DNA of 64,000 nucleotides from Eledone cirrhosa (lineage: Eukaryota). The notes beneath the pieces were generated by a model. It searched no databases. It was not told the DNA's origin and worked only from the letters and a program-made list of their open reading frames with translations. The stretch is taken from assembly GCA_964016885.1 (NCBI GenBank), contig OZ024748.1, positions 16,554,001 to 16,618,000 of the forward strand, read 5' to 3'. The translations under genes were made by a program, and so were the position numbers. Of the stretch, positions 55,760-64,000 are shown in pieces; the first letter of the stretch is position 1, and each line of letters opens with the position of its first letter.

Positions 55760-56020
55760 TGTAGTGAACAGAGGAGGGTTGCATTGGTAAGGACACATAA
55801 TGTGCCTAGTTGATGATTGTTGAGTAAAGAAGTGCCAGGATTTCCGAGTGGAGGGTGTGGAAATGGAAGACTATGGAAGGTATATGCCGAGGTAGTGAAA
55901 ACTGATCTCAAGAAAGTAAACCTCACAAAGAAGAGGACTAAGAAAAGTAACAAGTGGAGAGGAGACATACAGGTGAGTACTTGTCGAAATCATGTTAACT
56001 TAGAAAAATGGATGTAAATA
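55760..56020 (+). pseudogene. Highly degraded RTE LINE 3' fragment
   Basis: Remnants of W.GH.M / KKC / GR..K...EVVKTDL and a gaaaaatggatgtaaa tail. Confidence 0.5.
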
Positions 56021-56678
56021 AAATGATTTTTGGTTTAGGCACAAGGCCAGCAATTTTAGAGGAGGGTAAAGTCGATTAAATTGACCCCAGTTCGTTACTG
56101 GTACTTTACAATAATGATGATATATTTATGTTCTTCAGATATTGAAAAATGTATATGTCAAAGTTTTAAATACATAGATACTGGAACTGCTGATGGAGTT
56201 ATAGGGGTACCACAGTGGCCTGTGGCCCAAGGCTTGTCTTCGAATATTTTAAAACCTGAAAGATCCCATTGCTCTCAAGGTCTGAACACAGCCAATTACT
56301 TCCAGAGAAAGGGAAGGAAGGATTGTACCAAAACTAGAATGGTATGTTATTAACTTCGAAAGGATGAAAAGCAAAATTGTCCTTTGTAGGATTTGAACAC
56401 TGGGCATAGATAACTGTAATTAATACTGCAAACCATTCTGTCCGACTTTCTAAAACCTTTGCCATTTCACTGCAAGATTTTATATACAGGTATGCCTCAG
56501 CTTATGTCATTTTGAGTTTTGTCATTTTCAAAGTTATGGTGGTTTTTCTTGGAGTTACGTCCCTTTACATTCTGGGTTCAAATTCAGCTGAGGTTAGTTT
56601 TGTCTTTCAACCTTACAGGGTTATATAGCAGCAGTAAGCAGGGTTATATAGCAGCAGTAAGTTCTCTGATTGATTTAG

Positions 56679-56899
56679 CCCTTTAGCATTTACATTACTC
56701 TATATTTACTGTTGTATTTTTACAGTAAAGGGTTTACCTCACAGAATTATCTCACATAATATCGAATCTATAAGATTTTGATAAGATTTATTTTTAGAAA
56801 AATACCTTAACATCAGTATGAGTGATCAGTTATGGCTGGTTTCAACAGAAAGAGGTGAGAGAATTCTGGCCGGATACGGCAGGTTTAAATGCTAAAGGG
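56679..56899. mobile_element. piggyBac-type MITE nested in a degraded SINE B (56550-56960, +)
   Basis: 14-bp TIR CCCTTTAGCATTTA / TAAATGCTAAAGGG flanked by TTAG / TTAA. Confidence 0.75.
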
Positions 56900-57289
56900 T
56901 TAAACGAATTTCCCTGCTCCTTCAAATTGCAGACCTTGTGCCTAAAGTAGAAACAATTATATGACAAAAATAATCCTCATGTTACGTCAATTGACTCAAA
57001 ATTATGTCAGTCAGTCTGCCAAAAAATATCAAACCATAAAAAACACTAAGAAACCCCACTAAAAACATATAAAATCATATTTAAATAAATGGTAAAATAT
57101 ACAGTATAAAGCAATGCAGTGAATTATGATATATAAAATAATTTAAAAACTAAATAGTAATAAATATACAGCAGTATTGTCTTATTTACCTCTTTTGATG
57201 TTCAATAAATTCAAAATAGCTTTTTTACTAAATCTGTCTTATTTAAAATAGATACATTAATAACATACTAGTGTAGAGTACTGTACTAA

Positions 57290-57555
57290 GTCTAAAGTCT
57301 GGCTTAAGCCAGGAGGCTCATTTGGCCGGTGCTTATCCTGGTTTCATGGCGTCAAACAACAGAGTACAAGAGTCCCACCTGGACACGGTGTCAGTCCATT
57401 GCAGGGTTAAACCCCCAGCAATTGCTGGTACTCATTTTCAGCTGAGTTCACTGGAGCAATGTGAAATGAAGTGTTTTGCTCAAAAACACAACACGCAACC
57501 CATGAATCGAACCCACGACATTATGATCACAAGTCCAACACCCTTACCACTAGGC
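57290..57555 (-). mobile_element. tRNA-derived SINE family M (central domain resembles MetaSINE-type bodies)
   Basis: Minus strand A box ggcctagtgg, B box GGTTCGATTC, then aaccctgcaatggactg...gaaaccaggataagcaccggcc; family name unverified. Confidence 0.75.
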
Positions 57556-57659
57556 CTGTATGTACATGTATAATACTGTCCTGTATACTGGATATATATA
57601 TATAATACTGTTCCCTACTCTTAACGGTATGTATATATATATAATACTGTACTGTATAC

Positions 57660-57964
57660 CAGGCATGTCAAACTGAGGGTCCCCCGAGGGCCACATGGGT
57701 CACATAAGTGTTGTCCGAGGGCCACATGGGTCACATAAGTGTTGTCCGAGGGCCACATGGGTCACATAAGTGTTGTCTGAGGGCCACATGGGTCACATAA
57801 GTGTTGTCTGAGGGCCACATATGTGTTGTCTGAGGGCCACATATGACAACTAATTGCGCACATTACAACTATTTTTTTTTCAAAGATAAAACATGCTGGC
57901 GCTGTAAAACTCTTTGTGCAGGCCTCCGGTGTGCTTGTAAAGGGCTGCATGTTTGGCATGCCTG
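57660..57964. mobile_element. hAT (Charlie-like) MITE with an internal 31-bp tandem
   Basis: TIR CAGGCATGTCAAAC / GTTTGGCATGCCTG; 8-bp TSD ctgtatac / ttgtatac; 31-bp repeat 57685-57845. Confidence 0.85.
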
Positions 57965-58499
57965 TTGTATACTCTACTGTACTGTCTACTGTATGTACTT
58001 TAAGGTACAAAACTAGGAAATACCTATTAATGATTTATAGGGGGAGTTAATTTGACATTCATCATTTTCGACTCAAGTCTTGACTTCTGGAACCGGTTAA
58101 TGACATGGGGTGAGGTATACCCCATACTTTTAATATTACTTCTTACTTCTTAAATTATTGTTCTTTAACTTTTTGGAAATCCCTGTATAGTCTTTAATTT
58201 TATTTTGGGGAATCAATATTATCATGAAATTATTTGCCCACCTTCAAAAACTGCTCAGGTGATCTGGTTTCTCAGGTAATTCAATGTTTATTGTCAAGGA
58301 TTCATATAAAATATTTAAGGAATTCTACTGATATTTGCAGACATAATCAAATGCAAGAGATTTCCAATTCCTTTCATTCTTAGCTGTGTTGGTTAAATTG
58401 AGAGATTTGCAGCTAATTATGTTGGAACACGTTTCCGGTGTTATCTGTCTCCTCCGTGCTCCTCCGTCTCATGCTTTCATTATCATCTTCCTATTCTCG

Positions 58500-60223
58500 G
58501 TGTGAGAGAGTGAGTGAGTGAGTGAGTGAGTAAGAGAGAGGGAGAAAGAGAGAGTGAAAGAGAGAAAGACAGAGAGAGATAAAGAGTGAAAGAGAGAGAG
58601 AGAGTGCGAAAGAGAGAGAGAGAGAGAGTGTGAAAGAGAGAGAGAGAGAGAGAGTGTGAAAGAGAGAGAGTGAGATAGAGAGTGAGAGAGAGAGTGAGAG
58701 AGAGGGAGAGAGAGAGTGAGAGAGAGAGAGAGAGAGAGTGAGAGTGAGAGAGAGTGAGAGTGAGAGTGAGTGAGAGTGAGTGAGAGAGAGTGAGTGAGTG
58801 AGAGAGTGAGAGTGAGAGTGAGAGAGTAAGAGAGTGAGAGTGAGAGAGAGAGTGAGAGTGAGAGAGAGAGAGAGAGTGAGAGTGTGAGAGAGAGTGAGAG
58901 TGTGAGAGAGAGTGAGAGTGAGAGTGTGAGAGAGAGAGAGAGAGTGAGAGAGAGAGTGTGAGAGAGAGAGAGAGTGTGAGAGAGAGAGAGAGTGTGAGAG
59001 AGAGAGAGAGTGTGAGAGAGAGGGAGAGAGAGAGTGAGGGAGAGAGAGTGAGAGAGAGTGAGTGAGAGAGAGTGAGTGAGAGAGAGTGAGTGAGAGAGAG
59101 TGAGTGAGTGAGAGTGAGAGAGAGTGAGTGAGTGAGAGTGAGAGAGAGAGAGAGGGAGAGAGAGAGTGAGAGAGAGAGTGAGAGAGAGTGAGAGAGAGAG
59201 TGAGAGAGAGAGAGAGGGAGAGAGAGAGTGAGAGAGAGAGTGAGTGAGAGAGAGTGAGTGAGAGAGAGTGAGTGAGAGAGAGTGAGTGAGAGAGAGTGAG
59301 TGAGTGAGAGAGAGAGAGAGAGTGAGTGAGTGAGAGTGAGTGAGTGAGAGTGAGTGAGTGAGAGTGAGAGAGTGAGAGAGTGAGAGAGAGAGTGAGAGTG
59401 AGAGTGAGAGTGAGAGAGAGAGTGAGAGAGAGAGAGAGAGTGAGAGAGAGAGAGAGAGTGAGAGAGAGAGAGAGAGTGAGAGAGAGAGAGAGAGTGAGAG
59501 AGAGAGAGTGAGAGAGAGAGAGTGAGAGAGAGAGAGTGAGAGAGAGAGAGTGAGAGAGAGAGAGTGAGAGAGAGAGAGTGAGAGAGAGAGTGTGAGAGAG
59601 AGTGAGTGAGAGAGAGAGTGTGAGAGTGAGAGTGAGAGAGAGAGTGTGAGAGAGAGTGAGAGTGAGAGAGAGTGTGAGAGAGAGAGAGAGTGTGAGAGAG
59701 AGAGAGTGTGAGAGAGAGAGAGTGTGAGAGAGAGAGTGTGAGAGAGAGAGTGTGAGAGAGAGAGTGTGAGAGAGAGAGAGTGTGTGAGAGAGAGAGAGAG
59801 TGTGAGAGAGAGAGTGTGAGAGAGAGAGTGTGTGAGAGAGAGAGAGAGTGTGAGAGAGAGAGTGTGAGAGAGAGAGAGAGTGTGAGAGAGAGAGTGTGAG
59901 AGAGAGAGTGTGAGAGAGAGTGAGTGAGAGAGAGTGAGTGAGTGTGAGAGAGAGAGAGTGAGTGTGAGAGAGAGAGTGAGTGTGAGAGAGAGAGAGTGAG
60001 TGTGAGAGAGAGAGAGTGAGTGTGAGAGAGAGAGAGTGAGTGTGAGAGAGAGAGAGTGAGTGTGAGAGAGAGAGAGTGAGTGTGAGAGAGAGTGAGTATT
60101 GTGTGAATGAATGTGTGAATGTATGTATGTGAGTGTTTGTATGTATGTGTATGTGTGTGTGTGTGTATGTATATGTGTGTGTGTGTGTATGTATATGTAT
60201 ATGTGTATATATTTGTGTGTGTG

Positions 60224-60266
<43 letters not shown>

Positions 60267-60448
60267 GTATGTGTGTGTGTGTGTTAGTGTATGTATATAT
60301 GTGTATGTGTGTATATATATGTGTGTGTGTGTGTATGTGTGTATGTGTATATGTGTGTGTATGTGTGTGTGTTAGTGTATGTATATATGTGTATGTGTGT
60401 ATATGTATGTGTGTGTGTGTGTGTGTATGTGTATATGTATGTATGTCT
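58500..60448. repeat. (GA/GT)n followed by (TG/TA)n microsatellite
   Basis: Continuous run; ORF 58483-60459 is its translation. Confidence 0.95.
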
Positions 60449-60949
60449 GTTTCTATCATCTGCCTTCTGTTATCTGCTGACTTCTCTCATCTTCTAATTC
60501 CTTTTCCATCTTTATAATTCCAAAAATTTCCGTTCCATGTGTTACCCAAATATGATTGGATTTCTGTTGATGTTTCAGTTGCTGATCTATTTCCTAATAA
60601 TTTATAGTCGTCGTTGTTGTTGTTGTTGTTATAGTTGTTATTTGTTTATTTATTATTGATCTATTGATCTGCTGGTATAGATTGTGTGTTTAGTGGTATT
60701 TGTTTCATGATAGAATATGATTGTAATTGATGAAATGTTCTTTTGTTTGTAAAAGGTTTATATTTACTGTATCTTTCTTTGCTAGCATAACTTCAGGAAT
60801 CTCTTTTTCACTTCTACCATATCTTCCCATCTCATTATTACAGCTTCCATCCTCATGATTAACATTTTTTTTTTCCACAAATATTTTTTGTTACATCATC
60901 ATCATTTTATATCCAGTCGTCCCTGTAAGGTAACAAGGCTAATGTATTC

Positions 60950-61690
60950 AACCCTCACTATAAAGTAGCCATGTTGGAGACACAACAAAAAGCACCCAGC
61001 CCACACTGTAAAGGGGTCATGTTGGAGACAACAAAAAGCACCCTGCCCACACTGTAAAGTGGTCATGTTGGAGAGACAACAAAAAGCACCCAGCCCACAC
61101 TGTAAAGGGGTCATGTTGGAGACACAACAAAAAGCACCCAGCCCACACTGTAAAGTGGTCATGTTGGAGAGACAACAAAAAGCACCCAGCCCACACTGTA
61201 AAGTGGTCATGTTGGAGACACAACAAAAAGCACCCAGCCCACACTGTAAAGGGGTCATGTTGGAGACACAACAAAAAGCACCCAGCCCACACTGTAAAGT
61301 GGTCATGTTGGAGAGACAACAAAAAAGCACCCAGCCCATACTTTTAAGTGGTCGTGTTGGAAATACAGCAAAAAGCACCCAGCCTACCCTGTAAAGTGGT
61401 TGTGTTGGAGACACGGCAAAAAGGACCCAGTCCACATTGTAAAGTGGTTGTGTTGGAGACACGGCAAAAAGGATCCAGTCCACATTGTAAAGTGGTCATG
61501 TTGGAAACATTACAAAAAGCACCCAGTCCACATTTTAAAGTGGTTATGTTGGAGAAACGACAAAAAACACCCAGTACACACTGTAAAGTGGTTGTGTTGG
61601 AGACACGACAAAAAGCACCGAGTTTATATTGTAAATGAGGTTGGTATTAGGAAGGGCATCCTGTTGTGGAAACCAAGACAGAAACAGTTC
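60950..61690 (+). repeat. 48-bp minisatellite (~14 units) expanded from a SINE A / RTE 3' segment
   Basis: gcaccc at 61086, 61134 and 61182; runs directly into tgtaaatgaggttggtattaggaagggcatcc. Confidence 0.9.
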
Positions 61691-61929
61691 TGTATGATCA
61701 AGACATGAGTGAGTGAGTGAGAGACAAAAGACTTGACCAAACAGGGAATTGCTTTCATATTGTATTTTGTAAGATATTTTCCAGCTATTCTCAGCACACT
61801 CTCAGTAGAAGCCATTGGTCATTCTAGTCTCTTGTACAGCCTCAATAAAAGCCATTGGTCATTCTGGCTTAGTATCTTGGAGAGATAAGAATGGTATTGA
61901 AGCATTTATCTACATTTGGAAACACCTAT

Positions 61930-62350
61930 AAAGCTTCATGTTCTGCTGAAACTGCTGTTGCTGTTGTATACTATAGATAATTATACAGCTTCTGATGCTG
62001 AGGCTGTTATTGCTACTGCACCTGTTGCTGCTGTTGAACCAGTTGCTGCAGCTGAAGCTATTATTGGTGCTTCTATTGTTACATCAGTTATATACCATAG
62101 ATAATTCTACAGCTTCTGCTGCTGAGCCTGTTATTGCTCATACAGCTGTTGATTCTGCTGCAGCTGCTGAGCCTGTTATTGCTCATACAGCTGTTGGTTC
62201 TGCTGCAGATGCTGTTTCTGATGCATCTGTTACTGTTGCATCTGTTAGTACTGAAGCTATTATTGTTGTTGCTGCTGCTGCAGCTGTTTGAGCTATTGCT
62301 ACAGCTGCTATTGCTGTTGTTGTATCTGTTATATACCATAGATAATTATT
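61930..62350. repeat. Degenerate (GCT/GTT)n-rich repeat
   Basis: tatac(c/t)atagataatt occurs three times; internal duplication of gctgagcctgttattgctcatacagctgttg. Confidence 0.7.
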
Positions 62351-62899
62351 CCCACTTATTAAATATAACATAACTATAATTACTAATGAACCTGCAACAA
62401 GAAGATTAATTAATAATATAGCTGTTATTGTGAAAGATGTTTTGTTTTGTTGCCTTTCAATGGATTTAATGAACTTAGAATTTTTTAGTATAAAACCCTC
62501 GTAAGACAATGTTCACAATTATCTTTACATGGATATTCAAAAAGAAATGGAAATTCTCAAGAGGTTCATAACTCTGGAGCTGTGATAAGAACAATGCTTC
62601 ATATCCTCAAGTAGATAGCACCAAGTTAATGGCAAATTTATAAATGCTACAGGAAATCAATACATAGATATAGAATTTTTAAAAGTAAATGTTAATTTAA
62701 AGTGGGTTGGAGTGCTGGGGCCCATAAAATGCACCCAGTCCTCCCTGTAAAGTGGGTGTGCTGGTACCATGATAAAATGTACATAATTTTATATAAGAAC
62801 TATATGACAAGTTACTATCTTACTAGTGAAATAATAATTTCAGAAAATCCTTCAACATTCTTCATTAGTTAATCAAATTAGATTGTGTATCATTAGTGG

Positions 62900-63180
62900 T
62901 GGTGGATGGCCTAGGGGTGTGTTGGACTTAAGCACATAATATCGTGGATTCAATCCTTGGGCTGGGTTATGTGTTATGTGCACTTGAGCAGAACACATCA
63001 TTTTAAGTGGCTCCAGTATACTCAGCTAAAAATGAGTACCAGCAATAGTTGGGAGTTTAACCCTGCAATAGACTAGTGCTCTGTCCAGGGGGAAGTCTTG
63101 TACTCTCAGTCACTTAACACCACAAAAACTGGGAAAAGTACTGTCCTGATGAACCTCTAGGCTCGAGACAGACTGTAAAC
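62900..63180 (+). mobile_element. SINE family M, diverged
   Basis: Homologous to 57290-57555. Confidence 0.7.
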
Positions 63181-63299
63181 ATTATTTTTTACTATATCAG
63201 TCCAAATATGGCCACAAAAAGCATTTGGCTTTCTGAATGGTATGCCTAATTTCAAAATTAGCCTTGAATTTTTTAGTAGTGCAGCCTGCCATATGAAGA

Positions 63300-63667
63300 T
63301 CCACATCCTATGTGGCCCACCTTATGATGAACCACATCCTATGTGGCCCACCTTATGATGAACCACATCCTATGTGGCCCACCTTATGATGAACCACATC
63401 CTATGTGGCCCACCTTATGATGAACCACATCCTATATGGCCCCCGCCTTATGAAGAGTCACATCCTATGTGGCCCACCTTATGACAAATCACAATCCTAT
63501 GTGGCCCACCTTCTGAAGAGTCACATCCTATGTGGCCCACCTTATGAAGAGTCACATCCTATGTGGCCCACCTTATGAAGAGTCACATCCTATGTGGCCT
63601 GCCTTATGAAGAGTCACAAGTCACATCCTATGTGATCCACTGCTCGAAAAAGGATGCCTATGCCTGG
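63300..63667. repeat. 31-bp tandem (~11 units) ending in a hAT-like terminus
   Basis: ccacatcctatgtggcccaccttatga, period 31; ends ggatgcctatgcctg|gtctaaac; left TIR not identified. Confidence 0.75.
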
Positions 63668-64000
63668 TCTAAACTTAGTGAGAGGTGAGCCAGAATAACA
63701 AGTAGAAATTAGCAGCTTCTACATTATTCTTTCATTTGACCTCTTGGTTAACAAACATTAAATAGATTTTATTTGTTAACACAAATCATCTTTTATCAAA
63801 ACAAGTTGTTATTTCCCTGGAGTCTTTTTTATTAGTTCTCTTATCCATTTTACACTATCCCCATATTTACTATGTTCCTCTCTATGTGTGGAGGTTTTGT
63901 TTGCTTCAAAGATGAAAGAAAGAATTTATCCAGATTTATTTTATTCTCCTTTTATCTGACATTGTAGATTCAGATGTCTTGATGTTTTTATAATTGTAAG

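Noticed and set aside
58483-60459. 658-aa SL/HT ORF
   Set aside because: Translation of (GA/GT)n
60902-61708. ORFs with 16-aa repeats, or a CRISPR-like array
   Set aside because: The 48-bp unit is a multiple of 3 and derives from a retroelement UTR; no unique spacers, no cas genes, eukaryotic context
61916-62509. Ala/Val-rich or Ser/Asn-rich ORFs
   Set aside because: Degenerate trinucleotide repeat with frame-breaking spacers; no recognisable domain
63300-63640. CRISPR-like 31-bp palindromic repeats
   Set aside because: Head-to-tail with no spacers; internal to a hAT-like element

Overview
Repeat-dominated, AT-rich eukaryotic DNA. The SINE families and the (TA)n/(TACA)n/(GA)n/(GGT)n microsatellite load suggest an octopus or other coleoid cephalopod genome; this is an inference. 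No intact host protein-coding gene is supportable, and almost all ORFs in the track are microsatellite artefacts. Recognisable content: tRNA-derived SINEs of several families, 5'-truncated RTE-clade LINE fragments, a ~605-bp non-autonomous RTE-derived element (element H), hAT- and piggyBac-type MITEs, SINE-derived minisatellites and a 200-N gap. Three observations stand out. (1) One copy of element H carries 16 A-to-G changes on its sense strand within 93 bp relative to sister copies, which looks like an A-to-I hyper-edited RNA written back into the genome. (2) A near-perfect 310-bp tandem array carries a type I hammerhead ribozyme in each unit (7 ribozymes; a non-LTR retrozyme-like array) with an internal strand inversion. 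(3) About six small Penelope/retrozyme-like families, several with hammerheads, sit in (TA)n tracts as fold-back inversions. Most share one asymmetry: one arm stops at an internal TA-like site while the other carries a further ~37-95-nt tail.
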